64,000 nt of DNA from Promethearchaeota archaeon. GTDB taxonomy: Archaea; Asgardarchaeota; Lokiarchaeia; Sigyniarchaeales; SOKP01. The position numbers were made by a program, and so were the translations under genes. The notes under the pieces are model-generated. The model ran no database searches. It was given only the letters and a program-made list of their open reading frames with translations, and had not been told where the DNA came from. The stretch is from positions 64,001 through 128,000 of the forward strand of contig JAEOTA010000054.1 of the NCBI GenBank assembly GCA_016840085.1, in the 5' to 3' direction. This document shows positions 20,706 to 29,873 of the stretch, one piece after another (positions within the stretch are counted from its first letter, which is position 1; the number at the start of each line of letters is the position of its first letter).

Positions 20706-22193
20706 TTATTGTCCTCCTTCCAATTTTTTAAGTTTTTTTAAGAGATTTTCATTTTCAGTCCTTAAATCTTTTATATTCTTTTGAAGGCTCTTATTTTCTG
20801 TTTCTAATGTATCTATTTTATTCTTTATAGGATTCTTTGAACTTTCTAATACTATTATAGCTGCTTTTAAATCTGATAAAAAACTTTTTGTTTCTTTATT
20901 TAAATTTATGAAATTCCCAACAATTTTATTAGTATTTTTGACAACTTTAGCTAATAATTCCTCTTGAAGAGAATTAATTTTATCTAGCGTTATATTTTCA
21001 ATTGTTCTAATTTTCTCAGAATTTTTATCCAATGTGGCAAATTGATTTTTTAGTTTTTCAGAAAGTAATGATGTTTTCGTTCCTATTTTTGCGAATTGAT
21101 CTGTTGTTTGTTCAAAAGAACTCAACATTTGACCTAAAGAGTTTCTTAATTTTGTTTCAAGTAAATCATTCAATTGATCCTTAAGTTCTAAAATAAATTG
21201 ATTAAATTGCTCTTTAAGTTTTTCTTGATCTTCTCCAAATTCTTCAAATTTATCATCAATATACATATCAAGTTCATTTAATTTATCTTTGAACGAAAAT
21301 TTAAGTTCCTTTTGTAAATTTGAAATCCCTTTATTAATATTTTCTTTTATTGTAAGCAAATTAATTCTCATCTGAAAATTATTTTCGACAATATTCTTTA
21401 TTATATCTTTACTCCACGAATTTAGAAATGAAATCAATGGGTTAATTGATAGATCAATAAATTTAGACAGTCCGTTATGGATTGCTGAGATTATTTCTTC
21501 TACATTAAGTTCTGGTCTTTTAGCTCTAAGTTGTTCCTCACTTGGAAAGGCAATATCTCCAAATAGATCTGGCATCTCATTAATTTCTAAAATAGGAGGT
21601 TCTTTAGTATGTATACTGCCAATTAAATCCATCAATTTCAAATAATATTCTTTATCATCAGGAGGTTCTACTATTGTTTTAACTTCATAATAACCCTCTG
21701 AGGGTTTTGAAGGATTATTTAATCTAAATGTGCGAAATCCTAAATCTCCTGGTTTTTCTAAATAAGTATGATCAAATACTATCCCTATTCCACTAGGATT
21801 GAAGTCAGTTTGCCACCCAAGCTGATTCTTTACATCTGTGCTTGAAAAAAATATATCTAAGCCCGGATGGCTGTGGAACCATCCACAACTAAATAACCCT
21901 TTATCAATATATTCGTTGTCAACCATAGAAAATGTTACGTAATCTTCTGGAGCAAAATCAACTTCAATTGACCCTCCATGGGAGATGGGAACAGCATCTT
22001 CTATTATAACATCTCTTATTCCTTTTTTATCAGGTTCACCCTCTTCTAATCTCCCGATCAGTATTCCCATTACTTCACGATACTGCCCTCGCTCTATAAC
22101 TTTATTTCCAAATCTTAGCACATGAATAAGCATTTTATAATATGCATTTGGTTTGATAATAACAACCTTTTCATCAGAAGTCAATTTAATCAC
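20706..22193 (-). CDS. JAMM/MPN+ metalloprotease-domain protein with long C-terminal coiled coil (MPN-B)
   Basis: REVMGILIG, GWFHSHPGLDIFFSSTD, GFRTFRL; ~300-aa helical tail; 4-nt gap to MPN-A. Confidence 0.9.
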   Translation of the reverse strand: MIKLTSDEKVVIIKPNAYYKMLIHVLRFGNKVIERGQYREVMGILIGRLEEGEPDKKGIRDVIIEDAVPISHGGSIEVDFAPEDYVTFSMVDNEYIDKGLFSCGWFHSHPGLDIFFSSTDVKNQLGWQTDFNPSGIGIVFDHTYLEKPGDLGFRTFRLNNPSKPSEGYYEVKTIVEPPDDKEYYLKLMDLIGSIHTKEPPILEINEMPDLFGDIAFPSEEQLRAKRPELNVEEIISAIHNGLSKFIDLSINPLISFLNSWSKDIIKNIVENNFQMRINLLTIKENINKGISNLQKELKFSFKDKLNELDMYIDDKFEEFGEDQEKLKEQFNQFILELKDQLNDLLETKLRNSLGQMLSSFEQTTDQFAKIGTKTSLLSEKLKNQFATLDKNSEKIRTIENITLDKINSLQEELLAKVVKNTNKIVGNFINLNKETKSFLSDLKAAIIVLESSKNPIKNKIDTLETENKSLQKNIKDLRTENENLLKKLKKLEGGQ

Positions 22194-22392
22194 GTTTTAT
22201 AAAAGATTGAGATATAGTTTGTTAATGATATTATATATGATTTTATTGATTTTAAATATTTGAATAAAAAGTTTGAAATTTATTTTTTAATTTTGGCAAT
22301 TATATAATTTTCTAATCCAAATGAAATTCAAACTAATATCAAATTTCTCTAACTAGAATTAAAGTGAATAAGTAGAACCATTAAAAATATAT

Positions 22393-23046
22393 TTAATCAT
22401 GTTCGGGCAGAGGTCTTCCGCAGAAAGGGCAGAATCTAAATCCTAAGTCTTTACCACAAAAAGGGCAAAATTCCTTCTCTGAGCCTGCTTGAACTTGTGT
22501 TTCACCACCAACTTTTGGGATTGAAGGCAATTCTCGGGATGTTCTTATCGTTGTAGCTGATGAAGCTTGAGGTTGTTCACTTCTCGCAGCTACCCTCTCT
22601 TTAAAGGCTTGCCTTTGTTCTTTATCAATTTCTTGTTGGGACTTTATACTATCTCCTTTTACCCAACCTTGAACTTTTGGTCTCTTTAATTCACTTTCAG
22701 GAACTTTTTCTAATTCAATATCTCTAGTTTCTGATACAGGAGCCATCATTTTCCTTTGTTCTTTTTTCTGAATTGCTTGTTTAACTAAAGCTTGGGTTGT
22801 TTTCATTACTTGATGTGGATTTATATTGGGAATTGCAACAGTCCTTAATACCCACCCTACTACTAAATTTTGATTCGGAAAATTACCTTCAACATCCTCA
22901 TCCTTAAAAACATAGGAATCGATTATATCTCTCCCTTTTAACAAGCGAACTGCCCATTTCTCATTGATAAGTCCTAGTTGAAGCCTATAGCTAGTCCCAG
23001 GCACGCCAAGCTGACTTGTCAATGGCTCAAATCCTCTTTCTGTCAA
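22393..23046 (-). CDS. Hypothetical protein: N-terminal globular domain, low-complexity linker, C-terminal double Zn-ribbon
   Basis: FCPFCGKDLGFRFCPFCG at the C-terminus; Q/S/K/E-rich linker. Confidence 0.8.
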   Translation of the reverse strand: MTERGFEPLTSQLGVPGTSYRLQLGLINEKWAVRLLKGRDIIDSYVFKDEDVEGNFPNQNLVVGWVLRTVAIPNINPHQVMKTTQALVKQAIQKKEQRKMMAPVSETRDIELEKVPESELKRPKVQGWVKGDSIKSQQEIDKEQRQAFKERVAARSEQPQASSATTIRTSRELPSIPKVGGETQVQAGSEKEFCPFCGKDLGFRFCPFCGRPLPEHD

Positions 23047-23300
23047 TATCCTTCACTTTTTAGATATTAATATTTTGAATTTAGTAATATTATAATGGTG
23101 GTTTTCGAATTTAAATTATTATTTGTTTTATATTTTTTAACATTAAAAATTTTATCTGTTAACCTTCTTCTGAACACATGAGAATTTGTATCTAAATTTT
23201 AAAAACCATTATCTAATAAAAAAGACATAAATAGAAAAATTTGTATTAATTTGTAAAGCACCATTTAGATATTAAATTAAAAAAAAAGATCTAGTATAAG

Positions 23301-24257
23301 ATGACTGTAATTATTCCAAAAAAGGCATATAAAGCTATTGTAGCAGCCTCAGTGCGGTTCGCTAATGCAAGAATTCCTAAAGATGATTGGCTTGAAGTAA
23401 GTGGTATTTTTACAGGTAGAAATGAGGGAGATGATGTTATCATTACTGAAGTATGCCCTATCATGCATCAAGAATTAGATAAAAATGCCATTATTGATCA
23501 ATATAAGTGGAGCGATGAAGATTATGAAGCTTTATATATAATTGATGAACAAGCCTTTTCAAGAGATCCACTGGAATTTGTAGTTGGTTGGTGGCATTCA
23601 CACCCTGGATTTAAAGTCATGATGTCTCATATCGATATTCGTACTACCTTATCTTATCAACAAAATAATCCTTTAGCAATTTCTCTTGTTTTTAATCCTC
23701 AAAGATTAGTTCGCCAAATTGAAGTTGCAGAGAAAAAAGGAGATCCAGATAAGCAACTTAGGAATGATCCTGGGTTTAAAATATTTAGATTGGATGACAC
23801 AAGTCGCGGTATAGAAGCTTCATATCATACAGTAGATTATCGTATAGAAGATTATGACAGTATGGAACAATTGGTATCTTTCACACAAAAATTCATAGTG
23901 GATGTTACTAATTTATTTCCAAATGAAAAAATACCTCAAACTTATGAACAGATTATTGATGATAAAGTAAACCAATTAAGCTCATTAATATTAGGGACAG
24001 AAGAGTATTTAACCACTCTCTCTAGAAGTGGAGAAACTCATAGAATTCCAGAAGTATTACAGAATCAAACTCAAGAAATTCTTAAATTTGTAGATCAAAC
24101 TAATAAAAAAATCGAAGAAATTAAGGAACTTATGGATTTCTTGGAATATAAAGAAAAAGAAATAGTTATCTCCCAAGTAGAAACCATTTTATCAAAATGG
24201 TATGATGCAATTAAAGGATTAGATAAAAGATTGAAGGAATTATCTAAGAAATTTTAA
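23301..24257 (+). CDS. JAMM/MPN+ metalloprotease-domain protein with helical C-terminal domain (MPN-C)
   Basis: LEVSGIFTG, VVGWWHSHPGFKVMMSHID, GFKIFRL; ~140-aa helical tail. Confidence 0.9.
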   Translation: MTVIIPKKAYKAIVAASVRFANARIPKDDWLEVSGIFTGRNEGDDVIITEVCPIMHQELDKNAIIDQYKWSDEDYEALYIIDEQAFSRDPLEFVVGWWHSHPGFKVMMSHIDIRTTLSYQQNNPLAISLVFNPQRLVRQIEVAEKKGDPDKQLRNDPGFKIFRLDDTSRGIEASYHTVDYRIEDYDSMEQLVSFTQKFIVDVTNLFPNEKIPQTYEQIIDDKVNQLSSLILGTEEYLTTLSRSGETHRIPEVLQNQTQEILKFVDQTNKKIEEIKELMDFLEYKEKEIVISQVETILSKWYDAIKGLDKRLKELSKKF

Positions 24258-24384
24258 ATTCCATAATAATTTTAATCTTATTTTTAATTTTGATATATTT
24301 TTATTTGATTACACTTTTCTTTGATTAAGTATACGTTTATTTTTAAAATAAATATCGGAGTATTTTTGCAATACAGTCATTATC

Positions 24385-26592
24385 ATGAAAAAGATTAATT
24401 TTCCCTATACCGCAATCCTTGGACAAGATAAAATGAAGATGGGGTTAGTATTGAATGTTATTGACCCTCAGATAGGAGGCGTTTTGCTTACAGGCCATCA
24501 AGGCACGGGAAAAAGCACAGCTGTAAGAAGTCTCGTCGAATTGATGCCACAAATTGAGGTTATTAAGGGATGTGAATTCTCATGTGATCCTAATTCAGAT
24601 ATAGATGATTTATGTGAGAATTGTATAGAAAAAAAAGGAAAAGAGAAAATTGAAACTGAATTCAGGGATATGTGGTTAGTCAATTTGCCACTAGGTGTCA
24701 CTGAAGATATGGTTTGTGGATCTTTATCTATTGATAAAGTGCTTACTGAGGGAATAAGAGCTTTACATCCCGGATTATTAGCAAAAGCAAACCGAGGTAT
24801 TTTATATGTAGATGAAATAAATTTACTTCAAGATCATATTGTTGACGTATTATTAGATTCTGCTGCTTCAGGAGTTAATATAATAGAAAGAGAAGGAATT
24901 TCTGTGTCCCATCCCTCTAGATTTGTTCTTGTGGGAAGTATGAATCCCGAAGAAGGGGATTTAAGGCCACAAATAGCGGATCGCCTAGGTTTAGAGGTTA
25001 AGATAAAAGCACCTCGCGACTCAGAATTACGTGCTGAAATAACTAGGAGAGTAATCAGTTTTGATGATAACCCAAAAGAATTTATTAAAAATTTTGAAGA
25101 GGAACAAGAAAAATTGAGACAAAAGATTATTAATGCTCGAAAAATCCTAAAAGAAGTCCAAATTCCAAGTTCAGTTTATGAATTTGTGTCTAGAATTGTA
25201 AGTGAGTTAGAAATCTTTTCTCAAAGAGCAGATATTACCTTTATTAGATGTGCTAGAGCCCATGCTGCTCTTAATGCTCGAATAGTTATGAATGAAGAGG
25301 ATTTAAATGTCGCAATGGATTTGGTATTTGAACATAGGATTCAATCTCTTCACTATGAAATGACACCAAAAGAAATTAAAGCAAAAATCGCTGAGGTCTA
25401 TGGGAAAATAAGAGAAGCATATGAGAATACAAAAGTTCTTCGTCCTAATAAAGAGACAGAAGGTCCTTTAAAACATTCAGACGAACCCCAAAAAGAATTT
25501 AAACGCCAATCAGTTGATCCCGACAAAGTAGATATTCCAGAGTCAAAAGAACAGAAATTACCTCCCCCAAAATACCCTGATAATAGAAAGAGAAATCCTA
25601 AACCCGCTGGAGGATGGAAAGTAAAAAATATTCCATATGCGGAAGATGATTTTAAATTTTTTGAAGTAAAAAATGGAGTATCACCCTTCATCTATAAAAT
25701 GGAAAAAAAGATGACCTCAATCTTAGATAATATTAGAAAAGATCGAAAAATTTCTGATTATGGGGGGAGAGGTATAGGTCGCAGAATTAAAGTCTCCTCC
25801 TCTCAAAAAGGTAGATATATTTCTTATAGAACACCAATACGTGAGCAACCCAAAAGAATCGCTTTAGATGCGACTATCAGGAATTATCTAAAAAATATAG
25901 TATATAATAAGACTGAAATTGATTTTCCTATTCATTTTAATAAATATGATTTAATGGATAAAATCTACGAATATCGAGCTCCATTAGCTCTTTTCTTTGT
26001 TCTCGATAGTTCCGCATCAATGTATTATGTACTAAAACAAATGACAGATGTAATACTTTCTTTACATCGTGAAGGATACAGAAAACGAGATAAAATAGCA
26101 TTAATAATTTTTCGTGGTAAAAATGCAATCGTATTACAGAAACCGACTGTTAATTTTAAGATGGCTGTTAATAAATTGAAAAAAATCGAGGGTAAGTCAT
26201 ATACTCCAATGGCTGCAGCATTAAAAAAGGTATCAGAGCTAATAAAAGTTGAAAAATTGAAGGATAGAAACATTATACCTATTGTTTTTGTATGTAGTGA
26301 TTGTGGAGCGAACATATCAGTTAAATATCCTAATTTGATCGCCCAGACAGAAAGCGACTATATTTTAATTACAAATGAATTAAAAGAACTGACTAAAAAG
26401 ATAAATAAACAGAAAATACATCTAGTGGTTTTGGAGCCTAAGAAATCCTATGCAACACACGCGCTTGGTGTGCATACTTATTCTGCAGATCAAATTAAAA
26501 AGAATTTTAAGAAATATGCCAATGGTCAGATTTACAAGTTCAACAAATATGATCCTAACTCATTAATTTTAGAATTGAAGAAAATACTTTAA
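24385..26592 (+). CDS. ChlI/ChlD-like (Mg/Co-chelatase subunit family) AAA+ ATPase fused to a vWA domain
   Basis: FPYTAILGQ, GHQGTGKST, PGLLAKANRGILYVDEINLL, MNPEEG; Pro/Lys linker; MIDAS DSSAS..YTPM..SD. Confidence 0.88.
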   Translation: MKKINFPYTAILGQDKMKMGLVLNVIDPQIGGVLLTGHQGTGKSTAVRSLVELMPQIEVIKGCEFSCDPNSDIDDLCENCIEKKGKEKIETEFRDMWLVNLPLGVTEDMVCGSLSIDKVLTEGIRALHPGLLAKANRGILYVDEINLLQDHIVDVLLDSAASGVNIIEREGISVSHPSRFVLVGSMNPEEGDLRPQIADRLGLEVKIKAPRDSELRAEITRRVISFDDNPKEFIKNFEEEQEKLRQKIINARKILKEVQIPSSVYEFVSRIVSELEIFSQRADITFIRCARAHAALNARIVMNEEDLNVAMDLVFEHRIQSLHYEMTPKEIKAKIAEVYGKIREAYENTKVLRPNKETEGPLKHSDEPQKEFKRQSVDPDKVDIPESKEQKLPPPKYPDNRKRNPKPAGGWKVKNIPYAEDDFKFFEVKNGVSPFIYKMEKKMTSILDNIRKDRKISDYGGRGIGRRIKVSSSQKGRYISYRTPIREQPKRIALDATIRNYLKNIVYNKTEIDFPIHFNKYDLMDKIYEYRAPLALFFVLDSSASMYYVLKQMTDVILSLHREGYRKRDKIALIIFRGKNAIVLQKPTVNFKMAVNKLKKIEGKSYTPMAAALKKVSELIKVEKLKDRNIIPIVFVCSDCGANISVKYPNLIAQTESDYILITNELKELTKKINKQKIHLVVLEPKKSYATHALGVHTYSADQIKKNFKKYANGQIYKFNKYDPNSLILELKKIL

Positions 26593-26634
26593 ATATAAAA
26601 AACTGCTTTAAGTTTTTATTCGTATATTTATATA

Positions 26635-27876
26635 ATGGCTAATAAATCAGTCTCAGTTCTTGTTGTTGGATTTAATACTCGTCCTTTAGCTTATTCCTTA
26701 AATAAAGCGGGATATGATGTTTATGCTGTAGATTTTTTTGGTGATTTAGATTTATATCCATATGTAAAAGATTCTATTGTAGTTGTAAATGCTTTAAGTA
26801 GTAATTACAATTCATTGAAAGATAAATATAGTAAATTTTTAGCACATTATACGTTACAATTACATAGTAAACATCGGGATGTACAGTTTTTATTAATTGG
26901 GAGTGGTTTAGATGATGATTATGAAGGAAGACAACTTATTTTAGATGAAATTAAGACATCCAATACAAAAAGTGTCAATAATGATCCAGAGATTATTAAA
27001 AAGGCAAGAAATATTGAATTAATTTTTGAATTTTTAAAATCTCGTGGTTATAAAATTCCAAGATCTTATTCATTCGAAAAATTTCAATCGAAACAATACA
27101 ACATGGAATATCCTTTTATCTTAAAAAAAAAAAGAAGTGCTGGTGGCATTAATGTTTTTAAATTAGAAGATAAAACGACTTTAATTTCTCAACTAGAAAT
27201 TTTAGAAAAGAAAAAATTTATCCCATCAGAATGGTTGATTCAAGAATATATACACGGGATTCCCATTAGTTGTACGACAATTTCAAATGGGAAAAAATGT
27301 GAAATTATTTCAATCAATCGTCAAATCATTGGAGAAGAATATCTTAATCCACCAAAAATGTTTATGTATTGCGGAAACATTGTACCTGCTGGACTTTTAA
27401 AAGAGGAAGAAAGAATTATTTCTGAGATATCTATTATTTTAACCAAAGAGTTAGGATTAAAAGGAATTAATGGATTTGATTTTGTATTAAAGGACCATTA
27501 TCCTTTTTTTATGGAATGTAATCCAAGAATCCCTGGCTCAATTAGAGCTTCAGAATCAGCGCTTAATTTGAACTTAATGGATTTACATATAAAAAGCTTT
27601 ATACCTAAAGAATGGAGAAATATCAAAAAATTGATTAAATCAGCGAAACCTAATACTGTTGCAACAAAGTTAATCTATTTTGCCCCAAAAGAAATTGATA
27701 AAAGCTTTTTACTAAAAATTAATAATTTAGAATGTATCCATGATAAATCTGAACCAACTAAAAACATTTTGAAGGGTGAACCTTTATGTACTATTTTATA
27801 TATCTCAAAAAGTTTCTCTGAATCTTTTAATGGAGCGAAAAAGATAGTAAATCAAATAGAAAGTATTATTGAATGA
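26635..27876 (+). CDS. ATP-grasp carboligase-like protein (archaeal, function unassigned)
   Basis: VGFNTRPLA, VDFFGDLD, ILKK..SAGG, IQEYI.G, YCGN, GINGFDF, ECNPR. Confidence 0.8.
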   Translation: MANKSVSVLVVGFNTRPLAYSLNKAGYDVYAVDFFGDLDLYPYVKDSIVVVNALSSNYNSLKDKYSKFLAHYTLQLHSKHRDVQFLLIGSGLDDDYEGRQLILDEIKTSNTKSVNNDPEIIKKARNIELIFEFLKSRGYKIPRSYSFEKFQSKQYNMEYPFILKKKRSAGGINVFKLEDKTTLISQLEILEKKKFIPSEWLIQEYIHGIPISCTTISNGKKCEIISINRQIIGEEYLNPPKMFMYCGNIVPAGLLKEEERIISEISIILTKELGLKGINGFDFVLKDHYPFFMECNPRIPGSIRASESALNLNLMDLHIKSFIPKEWRNIKKLIKSAKPNTVATKLIYFAPKEIDKSFLLKINNLECIHDKSEPTKNILKGEPLCTILYISKSFSESFNGAKKIVNQIESIIE

Positions 27877-28603
27877 TTGCTTTAATTTTCGCAATTATTT
27901 GCCCTAATTTCCTTTCGTCTGATTCAGGAACAGCAAGAGCTAATATTCTATTTTCATCTAAATCATGGATGATTACAGAACCATTTTCACCTCCAATTAT
28001 GGAATATTCCATTCCGCTTTCTAATAGGACTCCTGATAAGTTATATAGAGCAGCAATCATAGCTGAAAGTATTGGTTCTGCCATTGTTGATTGAATTTTA
28101 ATGGGTAATCCATCTTTGGTAATAATTGCTAATACAAGTGTATTCGGAATTGCTCTTTTAAGTCCTTTAAATATCTCTTCCTTTAGAATATCTGAAGTTT
28201 CTATTATAGCTGAAATTTGGAGAGCCAATTTTTGTAATTTAATTATATAAGTCTCTAATCCTTCAAGTTCTGCTAATTCTCGATTTAAATGCGTTATCAT
28301 AGTAATATTTTCTGTTAGTATAGAGAGCACAATTAAATCTTTTCCCGTAATCAAATTATACGCTACATCTTGATTTAAGGTATCTTTTAACATTTTTGAT
28401 GATAGGAATACAAGACTGCTATTAGCTGCTGTGATTTCTCCCTCCGTCATTCTAACTGACTTTTTAAACTTACTTGCAACTTTGGTGCCCTCAGGTGTTC
28501 CAATATTAATCCCTAATATTGCTGATGATGATTCAAGCTCCTTATCTATTAATTCGGATATGTCTGACTCTAGTTCTGCAATTATTTTTTCTTGGTCTTC
28601 CAT
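27866..28603 (-). CDS. Tandem roadblock/LC7-domain protein
   Basis: Two repeats of the roadblock pattern: LGINIGTPEGTKVAS..EITAANSSL and LAIITKDGLPI..LSAMIAAL..GENGSVII. Confidence 0.8.
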   Translation of the reverse strand: MEDQEKIIAELESDISELIDKELESSSAILGINIGTPEGTKVASKFKKSVRMTEGEITAANSSLVFLSSKMLKDTLNQDVAYNLITGKDLIVLSILTENITMITHLNRELAELEGLETYIIKLQKLALQISAIIETSDILKEEIFKGLKRAIPNTLVLAIITKDGLPIKIQSTMAEPILSAMIAALYNLSGVLLESGMEYSIIGGENGSVIIHDLDENRILALAVPESDERKLGQIIAKIKAIIQ

Positions 28604-28701
28604 GAATGAATATATGTTTATTTGAAAATAAAAAGATATTCTAATAATTAAGTAATAATATTAAGATTATACGAATGAAGAATAATTAGAATCCCAATAT
28701 A

Positions 28702-29823
28702 ATGGAGTCTAAAGCAAGTCACTTTGTAATAATTCTAGCTGCGGGTTATGCTACAAGATTAAGACCACTTTCAGACAAAATCCCAAAACCATTAATAGAT
28801 ATTAACGGAAAAAGCATAATCTCTCGAATAATAGCAAATTTTAGAGAAGCAGGATTTACTAAGTTTTGTATTGTATTAGGGTATAAGAAGGAAGCGATAA
28901 AAAAAGAAATATTAAAAAATAAAGATTTAGAAATACTTTTTGTAGAACAAAAGCACTTAGTTGGAATGGCGGATGCGATACTATTAAGCATAAACCATAT
29001 AACTCAAAATGTAAATAGTATTACTAATTTTTTCATAACAGCTGCAGATATACTTTTCTCAAAAAATAAGATAATTCAAATGTTCAACCTTTATAAAAAT
29101 TCTAACGCAGACATAATCTTAAGTCTAATGAAATCACATGATATTGAGATAGCAAAAGGACATGGAAATGTTGAAATTTCAAATGATTCAGATGAGGTTA
29201 ATGATACAGATCCTACTCGTGGACTGATTATTACTGATGTTATTGAGAAACCAAAAGCTCACCAAATTTTAAGCGTGTATTATTCTTTACCTCTTTACTT
29301 GGTTAATCAAAAAATAGTAAATTATTTAGAAACAATTAAAATTTCTAAACGAGGCGAAAAAGAATTCCAAGATGCGATAAAGAAAGCGATAATTCAGGGT
29401 GATAACATTCGAGGAATAAACATTATCAAACATTTGATTACACAGAACAATATAGGTCAATATCATTTAACCAATTTAAAGGATCTTATTAGAATGAACA
29501 AAAGATTCTTAAAAGATTCGGTTAGTGGGAAAATTAAAAATAAATCAATAAAGATTGTTGAACCCGTTAGAGTTAATCATGATGTTATTATTGATAATAA
29601 TGTTTTATTAGGCCCTTATGTTATTATCGGTAAAAATTGCAAAATTGGAAAGCATTCTAAATTATCAAATGTGATACTTTTCGATAAGGTAGACATTGGG
29701 AATTATTGTGAATTAAACTGGTGTATTTTAGATGAAAATGTAACCTTATCAGATAATTCATGCCTGAAAGATTGTTTCATAACAAAAAATGAAAAAAACC
29801 AATTGGAAATAATAAATTTTTAA
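28702..29823 (+). CDS. Sugar-1-phosphate nucleotidyltransferase with left-handed beta-helix C-terminus
   Basis: ILAAGYATRLRPL..PKPL, EQ..GMADA, IEKP, SKRGEKE, hexapeptide repeats. Confidence 0.88.
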   Translation: MESKASHFVIILAAGYATRLRPLSDKIPKPLIDINGKSIISRIIANFREAGFTKFCIVLGYKKEAIKKEILKNKDLEILFVEQKHLVGMADAILLSINHITQNVNSITNFFITAADILFSKNKIIQMFNLYKNSNADIILSLMKSHDIEIAKGHGNVEISNDSDEVNDTDPTRGLIITDVIEKPKAHQILSVYYSLPLYLVNQKIVNYLETIKISKRGEKEFQDAIKKAIIQGDNIRGINIIKHLITQNNIGQYHLTNLKDLIRMNKRFLKDSVSGKIKNKSIKIVEPVRVNHDVIIDNNVLLGPYVIIGKNCKIGKHSKLSNVILFDKVDIGNYCELNWCILDENVTLSDNSCLKDCFITKNEKNQLEIINF

Positions 29824-29873
29824 ATTCAAATCGTTATAGTAAAAATATAGAATAAAAAATATTGTGATTTTTT

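Noticed and set aside
20706-20720. MPN-B ends in ..LEGGQ, resembling a ubiquitin-like GG terminus
   Set aside because: The GG codons are the GGAGGA SD of the next gene, and the preceding region is coiled coil rather than beta-grasp.
24385-26592. ChlI/ChlD similarity taken as evidence of (bacterio)chlorophyll synthesis
   Set aside because: There is no ChlH or other photosynthesis gene, and this AAA-vWA family is widespread in non-phototrophic archaea.
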